From positions 1-29,331 of IMG/VR virus record IMGVR_UViG_3300033076_001112: a DNA stretch of 29,331 bases; one strand, given 5' to 3'. Of this stretch, positions 18,304 through 26,026 are shown one piece after another. Below the pieces are notes generated by a model. The model made no database searches. It saw nothing but the letters and a program-made list of their open reading frames with translations, and had not been told where the DNA came from. Position 1 is the stretch's first letter. Each line of letters starts with the position of its first letter. A program made the translations under genes and the position numbers. Source of the stretch: a virus (Duplodnaviria > Caudoviricetes).

Positions 18304-19131
18304 TTAAAATGATTTAAATTTTTTCACCAATTCCTCAGGCGACATATTATCTAGGGACTTATTAACTACAGCCCCACGAGCAGATGCCATCGGTTTTGGT
18401 GCGTTTGATTTTGGTTTTTGTGGCTGTTGCTTTAGTGCGAGTTTTATCTCCACTCTTGCGTCCTCTAAGGACATATCGCCAAGGTCGTCAAGCACTCCGC
18501 TAGTAGCAAGATTGAGTAACGCCAATGGCGGATTATCTGCCTTTAGAAGTGCGAGTTTTATTTGAGGCGGTAAAGCCTGAATAGTCTCAGCGTATTCTTG
18601 AGTTATAGCAATTATTTGCGGATATTCTTTTGCGAAATCCTCAGATTGCTTATCAACCTCATCAACGCGTTGGCTAATCCATTGCTGTTCCTGTTGAGTT
18701 TTGAAGGTTTGCTCTTGCTTGCCTTCGCGCTCTTTTAGTTTTTGCTCAAGTTTCCATTCTGCTCTAGCTTCCAAATAATCAATGTGATTATCAAAATCAG
18801 CAATATTTGGTTCACCATCGGCAGATTGTTTCACTTGTGGCTGCGCTGGTTGAGTAGTGGCTTGCTGTTGCATAGCTTTCAACTGCTCAAGTTGAGCGCG
18901 TAATTTACCAATTTGCTTATCCTTACGGGATAGCGCATTTATTGCCTTCTTTGGAAATACAACATTATCATCATCGCTATTATCTGCGTCTGGTGTTTCT
19001 TGTGTTTCCGTTGTTGGCTCTTGTTGTGCTTCTGCTTCATTAGAAACTTCAGCTTGTGGTGCATCAGCTTGTGGCTGTGCATTATCGGCAGGAGTAAATT
19101 CTGCCGCAATCATTGCGTCAATATCAGACAT
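18304..19131 (-). CDS. Scaffolding protein
   Basis: Acidic disordered N-terminus, coiled coils, P..DF...YLEA, APKP; between portal and coat. Confidence 0.85.
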   Translation of the reverse strand: MSDIDAMIAAEFTPADNAQPQADAPQAEVSNEAEAQQEPTTETQETPDADNSDDDNVVFPKKAINALSRKDKQIGKLRAQLEQLKAMQQQATTQPAQPQVKQSADGEPNIADFDNHIDYLEARAEWKLEQKLKEREGKQEQTFKTQQEQQWISQRVDEVDKQSEDFAKEYPQIIAITQEYAETIQALPPQIKLALLKADNPPLALLNLATSGVLDDLGDMSLEDARVEIKLALKQQPQKPKSNAPKPMASARGAVVNKSLDNMSPEELVKKFKSF

Positions 19132-19162
19132 GTTTTTTACCTTATTTTAGTGAATTATCAGC

Positions 19163-21184
19163 TCAACCTGCGAATTGCATGGTTTCCTGATTTGATGATG
19201 CGCCGAGAGTTTGTTGACCAAGGGGCTGCATATTCTGTAATTGCTGCTCGCTGACTAATTTCGCCTGCATAGCTTCGGTAACTTTTAGTTGAAATTCTGC
19301 TTCTTTTAATGCTATTTCACGCTCTTTGATTTGCTGCTCAAATGCTAACTTATTAGCTTCAAGGCTGTTGTCTTCTTTAGGAATTGGCTTTTGAAGCTCG
19401 ATAATCTTAACTTTAAGCTCGGCTTCTTTAAGCTGTAATTCTCCCTGCTTAACCTGCAATTCAGCCTGTTTAATAGCCTCTTCGCCCTGTTTGCTTTGCA
19501 AAGCCTGCATTGCTTGCTGTAATTGCTCCTGCATTTGCTGCATTGTTTGTTGCATAGCCTGAACTTGTGGGTCAGTTTCTTCATCTAACAATTTAGGGTC
19601 AATTGTCTTTTGCAAGCGATTAGCTAAAGCCTCATCTCCACGAGATTTTGCCCATAAATCACCAATCACGCTGAGTAATTGCGGATTTGCTTGGATGAGC
19701 TGTCCATACATATCTGCATCTTCTTGGCGTTTGGTGGTATAAGAAGCTCCAGTCGTCACTCGCACATGATAATTACCGCGCGTTAAATCAAAACTGCGTT
19801 CTTGCCCTTCTTGCATTTCTGCGCCATTAACACCAACAGTCTTTGCTGTCTGCTCGTCAGTAATAATTTGAAGGATACGAGGAGTGTCGTAAATATGCGG
19901 TATTGCATCAACTAGGATGCGACCAACTTGCGTAATTGCCCTACGCAAATTATCCGCAAAATGGAAAGTTGCGACATCACCCTCAACCTTTCTTGCATTA
20001 ATAGCCACGCCTGAAACTTCATTGCTACGGTTGCCTATGGAGGCATTATAAAGCCCCATTGATTCTTTAATACCCTCTTTAGCTTCCTGCGCTGCGTTAA
20101 TAATACCAGTCGGTATCGGCGGAGGAGCAAGGCGTTCTGGTTTATTGGCTGGGTTGCCATCAATATCAGCCGCATTATACTCAAGCACCATTTCTGAAGC
20201 TGGATTTTGCCATTGCCCTCTATCATTAACCAATGTTCCGACTTGAGCCATAACAGGCGCAACTGGTGCCATTGATAAAATCTGGCTTTCCTTGCTTAAC
20301 CAGTGATTAAGTCTGCGCTGTGGTTCTCTCGCCTGACGAATAAGAGATTGCAAATACCTCTTACCATCAATCCATGTTTCCGAGCCATATACAGGAACAA
20401 TCGGTATATACTTTGATGGGAAAATAGTTTCGTCTAGCAACTCTTCGCCACTGAATTTATAACGCTTAACAATTGCTTTTTTCCTGCGAGCATCAATCCA
20501 TTCTTTGATGTAAATCTCAGCAATAGTAATAATTTTCTTTTTATCACTGTCTTTTGCTTCCATGAAGCATACAGCATTTTTGTCAGGGTAAAGAAGCTTA
20601 AAATCTTTCTTGCTGATTTCTTCAAGAATTACAGCACCCATCATATCACGACCATCACACTCAATAGATGCAGGGTCAATGAATATTGCAAATGGGTCAG
20701 TAACTCGCTTTACAAACAGCTCCTGATGGTCGCCCTCTTCGTCACAATAATCATGGTCAACACGGATAAAGCCAATAGAGCTTGTAACTTGATACTCTGC
20801 TGCCGTATCGTAAACCTCATCAGCGCATGATTTATATTCAATCGCTCTTATTAGTTCACCATATATTTCTGCGGTTTCCTCATCGGCATCATAATCAGGG
20901 ATTGCTTTAATGCTTGGTGTGTTTTGGCGTATATCATTGCATACTTGGTGAATGAACTGCGGTAGCTCATTAACAACAACGGCAGCCGCAGGAAGTTTAT
21001 AGTTACTATCCCACCCATTGCCCCATTGTGTAGGCTTATCACCAACAGCCATCAACAAATCAATAGTAGCTTCACGATAAATCTCATGCCAATAGTCTTT
21101 GTAGGTTTGATACATCTCTTTAGCTTCAGACAAGCTAAATCCACCGATGCTTTGCTCTGCGGTTTCTTCAATATCTTCGGTCAT
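19163..21184 (-). CDS. Portal protein (P22-like)
   Basis: N.LPQFIHQV.ND.RQNTP, YIPIVPVYG, SGVAINAR motifs; long C-terminal coiled coil. Confidence 0.93.
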   Translation of the reverse strand: MTEDIEETAEQSIGGFSLSEAKEMYQTYKDYWHEIYREATIDLLMAVGDKPTQWGNGWDSNYKLPAAAVVVNELPQFIHQVCNDIRQNTPSIKAIPDYDADEETAEIYGELIRAIEYKSCADEVYDTAAEYQVTSSIGFIRVDHDYCDEEGDHQELFVKRVTDPFAIFIDPASIECDGRDMMGAVILEEISKKDFKLLYPDKNAVCFMEAKDSDKKKIITIAEIYIKEWIDARRKKAIVKRYKFSGEELLDETIFPSKYIPIVPVYGSETWIDGKRYLQSLIRQAREPQRRLNHWLSKESQILSMAPVAPVMAQVGTLVNDRGQWQNPASEMVLEYNAADIDGNPANKPERLAPPPIPTGIINAAQEAKEGIKESMGLYNASIGNRSNEVSGVAINARKVEGDVATFHFADNLRRAITQVGRILVDAIPHIYDTPRILQIITDEQTAKTVGVNGAEMQEGQERSFDLTRGNYHVRVTTGASYTTKRQEDADMYGQLIQANPQLLSVIGDLWAKSRGDEALANRLQKTIDPKLLDEETDPQVQAMQQTMQQMQEQLQQAMQALQSKQGEEAIKQAELQVKQGELQLKEAELKVKIIELQKPIPKEDNSLEANKLAFEQQIKEREIALKEAEFQLKVTEAMQAKLVSEQQLQNMQPLGQQTLGASSNQETMQFAG

Positions 21185-21202
21185 TATATCCTATTGGTTG
21201 TA

Positions 21203-21276
21203 ATTATCTATTATTAGCTTATTTTTAACAAGCTAGGTTTTCTGTGGGTAAAACGCTATATTCCCACCGAGAAAAC
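21203..21276 (-). promoter_or_regulatory. Two stem-loops and a candidate promoter between terL and portal
   Basis: Inverted repeats at 21237-21276 and 21215-21235; TTGTTA-17-GATAAT on minus strand. Confidence 0.4.
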
Positions 21277-21300
21277 ACTTTATTTTCGGTTGAATATCTT

Positions 21301-22773
21301 TTATTGAGCCCAGAAATTAACAGGCTGTGAATATGTTTGTGTTTTTGGTTTAACATCATAAACTGCGAATGTTAATGCCATTGCGTCTGCCCTATCAGGT
21401 GATTTTGCAAATACCTTCTTGTAATCCTTCTTTGCCTGCATTAGTAACAGTCCGTCTTTGTATAGATACTTTATAGAAGCGAGCTGTGATTTCAATTCAG
21501 CATCTCTTGGCAAACTGACTGGCTGATTGCTAAAATACTCTTGCAATCCCCGATACATCTTGGCTTTAAGATTGTAATTTTTATTATCACTTAAGCGCGC
21601 GCCAGTATGAATGCCCTGCACCTTTTGAGTATATCTACCAATCTTTAGCTGGTCAAAACATGAAACCCCAGCCCCATCTAGCTCTATAACAATCTTAAAT
21701 ATACTATCAAATCCAACCTTATCACACTCCGCTTCAACGACAGCAGCTAATTGGATACCATCCAATTTTCGCCTTGTAACCTGCGGCAAATTTAATCGTC
21801 CCTTGCGAAAATGTATAACGCTTTCGTCATCCCCAAAATGGGCAGCATCAACACCAATAATCCATTTCCCAACTGCCTCCACATCAGCAGCACCAGTACG
21901 CTGGGCAGCCTCTATAAGCTCGCCTGATATAAAGGCATCCGTTGTTGACGCATTGTAATCAATATCTATTTCTTGCGCTACAATGGTAGGGTCAAGCAAT
22001 CCAACCTGCTTTTTATACCACTCTTCATTTTTGCGGGGGTCTTGCGTCCAATGGAAAGTGAATACATCTATTTTACCGCTATGACGCTTCATGTAAAATG
22101 GATTGCCATTTCCATTTGGTGTAGAAATATCAATTTTACAATTTGAAGTCTGAGAAAGCGCAGCATCTATATTTTCTGGGTGTTCATAAAAAGCACTCTC
22201 ATCCTTGAAATAAATGCTCGTCCTATTCCCTCGCCCTATGTTATCACCAGCCTCGCCAACTATCGCAGAATTATTCTCTAAATTTAATATCCGCATATGA
22301 GGAGCGTGTTTTTTTTCATCGTATCCCCTAGGTTTAAGCTCTTCAGGTAACCAATCTATAAAATATCTTATCTTCCAAAAAAGACTTTTAGGGTCGCCCA
22401 GCTTATCAACATACTCTTCTTTGCGAGAACCAAAACCAACTACTACGCCATCATAAAACAACCACATCCAAACCGCTATTGCGACACATAACCAAGAAAC
22501 ACCCATATCGCGGGATTTTTCAGCAAGCCCATCTTCGCGATTTTTCCAATGGGCAAAAACCCAATTAACAAATTCTTCTTGTCTTGGGAATAGTAAAAAA
22601 GGAACTTTTGAATCTTGCCCTATCTCAGCGTTCCTAGGGTCAAATGTAACACCCCAATCATTTATAAATGCTACAGGATTTTCTTTATAGAACTGCTTAA
22701 GGGCATACAATTTTGGCTTATCAGCTTTGATGCGTTTTAATGCATCAAGCCTTTGTTGCCATATTTCATTCAT
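21301..22773 (-). CDS. terL: Terminase large subunit
   Basis: EKSRDMGVS Walker A, YFKDE Walker B, ISTPNG coupling motif, IGVDAA and SPDRADA nuclease motifs. Confidence 0.95.
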   Translation of the reverse strand: MNEIWQQRLDALKRIKADKPKLYALKQFYKENPVAFINDWGVTFDPRNAEIGQDSKVPFLLFPRQEEFVNWVFAHWKNREDGLAEKSRDMGVSWLCVAIAVWMWLFYDGVVVGFGSRKEEYVDKLGDPKSLFWKIRYFIDWLPEELKPRGYDEKKHAPHMRILNLENNSAIVGEAGDNIGRGNRTSIYFKDESAFYEHPENIDAALSQTSNCKIDISTPNGNGNPFYMKRHSGKIDVFTFHWTQDPRKNEEWYKKQVGLLDPTIVAQEIDIDYNASTTDAFISGELIEAAQRTGAADVEAVGKWIIGVDAAHFGDDESVIHFRKGRLNLPQVTRRKLDGIQLAAVVEAECDKVGFDSIFKIVIELDGAGVSCFDQLKIGRYTQKVQGIHTGARLSDNKNYNLKAKMYRGLQEYFSNQPVSLPRDAELKSQLASIKYLYKDGLLLMQAKKDYKKVFAKSPDRADAMALTFAVYDVKPKTQTYSQPVNFWAQ

Positions 22774-23201
22774 TTTTTACCAATAAGAGCAGCGTAAGCA
22801 TCGGCGGGGCTAATCGTTGCATCAACCCTAAATGCCTCTTTGTCTTTATTGCCAAGGTCTAGTTCACTGCTATCTTTCCATCCAAAATTATTTTTTAAGT
22901 TAAAAATACAGCCTGTTGCATTGTTCATATAAAGCCGTTGTTCTATATATTCTTCAACTTTTGCTTTAGCCTTTTTTATTGTGTCAGCAAACTGTTCATT
23001 TTTATTAATATAATGAAGCAAACCTTCTCTGGTCATATCAAGAGCTAAAGCCAAGCCTGTAACAGTCGGATGCTTCTTATTTTCATTATTTAGATTGTGC
23101 TCTTGTATCTCATTAAAATACAAATCTATAGCGACTTGCATATCTTCTGCACTTTGCCATTTAACTGGTCTGCCTACCATATATATACTATTATTAACCA
23201 T
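22770..23201 (-). CDS. terS: Terminase small subunit (gp3 packaging family); likely start 23180
   Basis: GRP...AIDLYF...PTVTGLALAL...IFNLKNNFGWKD; ATGA overlap with terL. Confidence 0.9.
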   Translation of the reverse strand: MVNNSIYMVGRPVKWQSAEDMQVAIDLYFNEIQEHNLNNENKKHPTVTGLALALDMTREGLLHYINKNEQFADTIKKAKAKVEEYIEQRLYMNNATGCIFNLKNNFGWKDSSELDLGNKDKEAFRVDATISPADAYAALIGKK

Positions 23202-23392
23202 TTAAGTTATTCGGGTCTATTAACTACAAAACCTCTAAAGAGGCTAAGTCTCTGCTGCATCTAAAATATCTTCTGATGCTATTTTTTCTTTTCTTCTTCT
23301 ATTTCTTTTCTAGCTTTAATTATTATTTTGAAAAGTATGCACTCATCCACGCCTTAAAAGGAGTTCAGGCACATTTATCCCCTCTTCAACTT

Positions 23393-23785
23393 CTAATTAT
23401 TAATCAGTTCTTCTAACTTGTCAAATGCTTTTTCAAGGATTGTATTAAAATCTGCAAAAGTAGCCTGATTATTAAAAACGACTTTCTCAATAACGCATCG
23501 CTCATCGTTTGTCATTTGGCGCATGAGCCTAGTATAAATAGTTAATGGACAACTATCTGAGTTGCCCCGACCCAGTAATTCATCTATTCTTATTTTAGCA
23601 TACCCAACAGGTGACAACGCCACTTCATGTAATGATATTAAATCCATTCCAGCTCTATGAGCTTCTTCACTAATTTTCTGCTTATCTAAGAGCCAGTCTA
23701 TTAATAATGGGAACTCCTCAATATAGCGTCCATTTTGGCGTATCATCCCGCCTTTTGCAATTCTTTCAGGGGTAGCTATTTCCAT
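23393..23785 (-). CDS. hypothetical protein, possible late-gene regulator (DUF6456-like)
   Basis: Upstream of terS; LIDWLLDKQKISEEAHRAG resembles, from memory, alphaproteobacterial phage regulators. Confidence 0.5.
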   Translation of the reverse strand: MEIATPERIAKGGMIRQNGRYIEEFPLLIDWLLDKQKISEEAHRAGMDLISLHEVALSPVGYAKIRIDELLGRGNSDSCPLTIYTRLMRQMTNDERCVIEKVVFNNQATFADFNTILEKAFDKLEELINN

Positions 23786-23971
23786 CTAGAATTCTAACCT
23801 CCATGATTGCAAATAGGCTGTTGGGTTTGATTTTGCTTTTATTATGGGTTTAAGACCATCAGCATAACGAGGCGGCAACTTCTTAACCGCAGGAGGCTTT
23901 TCTAGCGGTTTCTTGGATTTTTTCACAACTGTGATAAAGTTTTTGGGCTTCATTTCGCTGAATAATAACAA
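23786..23971 (-). CDS. small basic hypothetical protein (start may be 23953)
   Basis: Lys/Pro-rich; stop abuts next start. Confidence 0.55.
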   Translation of the reverse strand: MLLFSEMKPKNFITVVKKSKKPLEKPPAVKKLPPRYADGLKPIIKAKSNPTAYLQSWRLEF

Positions 23972-24010
23972 TAAATAAAATCAAATGCAACCTAAAGTTT
24001 ACCAGCCATC

Positions 24011-24358
24011 TCAAACCCTTTCTATTTTATCTTCGCTGCCGTCTTCGCTTATGGTGATTTTTCTCACATTTCCCCAATTGGGAATTTCAGTTGTTATTGA
24101 AAACGGAGAAAAGTTATTCATATTATTGAAAGCAAAGTAAAAAGTATATTTTCTAATCTCTTTAGGCTCTACACGAATGATGTCAAAATCTGTATCTTTT
24201 CCAGTATTGCTATGCCATCTTCCGTTATCATGCCAATCATTCAAACGAAGTCCGCCAATACAAAAGCCCAAGTTGGTCGCATTCTTAGTCACAACCTTAC
24301 GCCTGCCATCACGCAGCACAACTACATCACCAGCTTTTATCTTTTTAATATCTATCAT
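24011..24358 (-). CDS. hypothetical phage protein
   Basis: ATGA overlap with HTH gene, GGGGG RBS. Confidence 0.75.
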   Translation of the reverse strand: MIDIKKIKAGDVVVLRDGRRKVVTKNATNLGFCIGGLRLNDWHDNGRWHSNTGKDTDFDIIRVEPKEIRKYTFYFAFNNMNNFSPFSITTEIPNWGNVRKITISEDGSEDKIERV

Positions 24359-24570
24359 AAATCCCCCATTAATTCATCAATTTTAACCCCAAACACCTGC
24401 CCTAGCTCTTTCAATAAGCTATAGCTTGTGGTTTTGGTGATGCCGTTTTCAAGCGCGTATATGTGCGACTGACTGCATCCTATTAGTTTTGCAAGCCCTT
24501 TTCTAGTGTAGCGTTGCTCTTTGCGATATTTGCATATGTTTTCACCAAGCTGCGTCATATTTTCATACAT
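24355..24570 (-). CDS. XRE/Cro-family HTH transcriptional regulator
   Basis: LGENI..YR....T...LAKLIGCSQSHIYALENG...LGQVFGVKIDELM. Confidence 0.92.
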   Translation of the reverse strand: MYENMTQLGENICKYRKEQRYTRKGLAKLIGCSQSHIYALENGITKTTSYSLLKELGQVFGVKIDELMGDL

Positions 24571-24612
24571 TCCTATCTATGTGTCCAAAATTTTGTGTGT
24601 ACCCCGTTATTA

Positions 24613-24864
24613 TCATATAGTCCCCCAAACACGATAAACATCAACAACTGTTGGATTAAGACAAGTTCCTTTATTTTCTTTTGCATAGTCAATAGTTTTT
24701 GAACTTAAAACACGACTACAAAAATTATTTAGTATCATTTGCCATTTTTCAGAGGTTTCTTTTCCAATTACAGTAACCATAATCTGTGAACCATAGCATT
24801 TTATTTCTTTGGCTGGAATTCCTAGGTTTAATAATTTCTGTTTCATTTTTTCTTGGCTTGTCAT
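24613..24864 (-). CDS. hypothetical phage protein
   Basis: First gene of leftward unit, GGGAG RBS. Confidence 0.75.
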   Translation of the reverse strand: MTSQEKMKQKLLNLGIPAKEIKCYGSQIMVTVIGKETSEKWQMILNNFCSRVLSSKTIDYAKENKGTCLNPTVVDVYRVWGTI

Positions 24865-24905
24865 CTCACTAACTCCCTGTTTGGCTGGCTTGATTGTCTC
24901 GCTGA

Positions 24906-24935
24906 ATTATATTCATACACATAAAAAGCTGTCAG
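24906..24935 (-). promoter_or_regulatory. Leftward sigma70-type promoter
   Basis: CTGACA (24935-24930), 18-bp spacer, TATAAT (24911-24906). Confidence 0.55.
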
Positions 24936-24972
24936 TCAACAGTTATTTTTATATTTATTTGAAAATAATTTG

Positions 24973-25001
24973 TTGACATTATCCATTGGCTAAGTTAGAT
25001 T
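24973..25001 (+). promoter_or_regulatory. Rightward sigma70-type promoter
   Basis: TTGACA, 17-bp spacer, TAGATT; AT-rich tract upstream. Confidence 0.75.
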
Positions 25002-25055
25002 GAATTCAATAAGAGCGATAACCGCCGCATTTAACAATCAACTAAGGAAACAATC

Positions 25056-25370
25056 ATGAAAAAACAATATCCAATTTATCGTCGGGTAAAAAGTAAGCAA
25101 CCATCTGCATCCCCATTCATTGCATTAGGTTTTGTCAGTGCTTTTGTGATTTACAGCGTGGCGCATCTTGAGCCTGAGCGCAGCGAGTTTAACCGCTTCG
25201 TTGATAAGGTTGAAGCTGAATATAAACCTGCTAAACCAGTGGTGCTTTTCAAGGAGGTTCTTAAACAAAAAACCTATACTGACAAAGAACGCGCTGTAAT
25301 TATAGCCGATATATGGGGTATCAAGGATTTAGACAACGCTCATAAAATCTTCACAGCGCGGGGGGATTAA
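25056..25370 (+). CDS. single-TM hypothetical phage protein
   Basis: TAAGGA RBS; basic N-terminus then PFIALGFVSAFVIYSVA TM segment. Confidence 0.8.
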   Translation: MKKQYPIYRRVKSKQPSASPFIALGFVSAFVIYSVAHLEPERSEFNRFVDKVEAEYKPAKPVVLFKEVLKQKTYTDKERAVIIADIWGIKDLDNAHKIFTARGD

Positions 25371-25407
25371 TCCATGTTAAAGCATGGAAATAAAGAGCGA
25401 GGTAAAA

Positions 25408-25542
25408 ATGTCGCCGCATGAATTTAAGACAATCCGATTAAAGCTAGGGATAACACAAAAAGCCCTAGCTGAACGGTTAGGTATCAGCTCGGATGTGTGC
25501 ATTTCTCGTTATGAGAATGGAAAGCGAAAAATAAGCTCATAA
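25408..25542 (+). CDS. XRE/Cro-family HTH protein, 3'-truncated at junction
   Basis: Not in track. MSPHEFKTIRLKLGITQKALAERLGISSDVCISRYENGKRKISS*; GAGG RBS; the stop lies inside the duplicated recombinase fragment. Confidence 0.8.
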   Translation: MSPHEFKTIRLKLGITQKALAERLGISSDVCISRYENGKRKISS

Positions 25543-25762
25543 TCGCTTTATTCCGCATTTCAATTTCGCTTACGGCAGGCATTTTGCGGATAGTTGCTAA
25601 AATATCTGCCACATCGTGACTTTCTTGGTAGCCTGTGGCTTTTGCTCGGTTTTTATCATTTCTGCTAACGCTCAAAAACTCAACATCCAATAGTTTGATT
25701 TTTGAGTAATCCTTTTGATTCGCAACAAGCCACTCAAAGAATTGACGCACGAAATCTATGTA
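25527..25762. repeat. 236-bp direct duplicate of recombinase interior (copy of 28562-28797)
   Basis: Identical by eye from AAAAATAAGCTCATAATCG to GAAATCTATGTA. Confidence 0.95.
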
Positions 25763-25927
25763 ATCATTTAGGTAATAAATAAACCGCCTCACCGCCTCTT
25801 CTTGATAGGGGCGAAGGGTTATTTTATCCGCTATGTTTTCAGCAATATAAACGGGTAAGGCGGGATATTTTTCTTCTATAATATCCGCCCGTGCGTCAAA
25901 CACTTGATTTAAGGAAAGCTCGCTCAT
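25763..25927 (-). pseudogene. res: Type III restriction endonuclease Res, N-terminal 55 codons only
   Basis: Follows mod; ENI...LRPYQEEA Q-motif of SF2 helicases; then fused in frame to recombinase sequence. Confidence 0.75.
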
Positions 25928-25949
25928 TATTCGTCACCACTTATCTTGC

Positions 25950-26011
25950 TTGTCATACCCGTGAAAACGGGTATCTTAAGCCAAAGATTCCCGCCTGCGC
26001 GGGAATGACAA
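25950..26011. repeat. REP/RPE/dRS3-like palindrome doublet
   Basis: TGTCATACCCGTGAAAACGGGTATC and GATTCCCGCCTGCGCGGGAATGACA in inverted orientation, each an internal hairpin. Confidence 0.85.
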
Positions 26012-26026
26012 AATTGAATTGTAAAA

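Noticed and set aside
4233-21217. Many short antisense or nested ORFs within structural genes
   Set aside because: They overlap well-supported genes and show no motifs or RBS
25484-25927. 147-aa ORF as a genuine novel Res-integrase fusion protein
   Set aside because: Made of a Res stub, an exact recombinase duplicate and antisense phage sequence; zero divergence points to a recent junction or artefact
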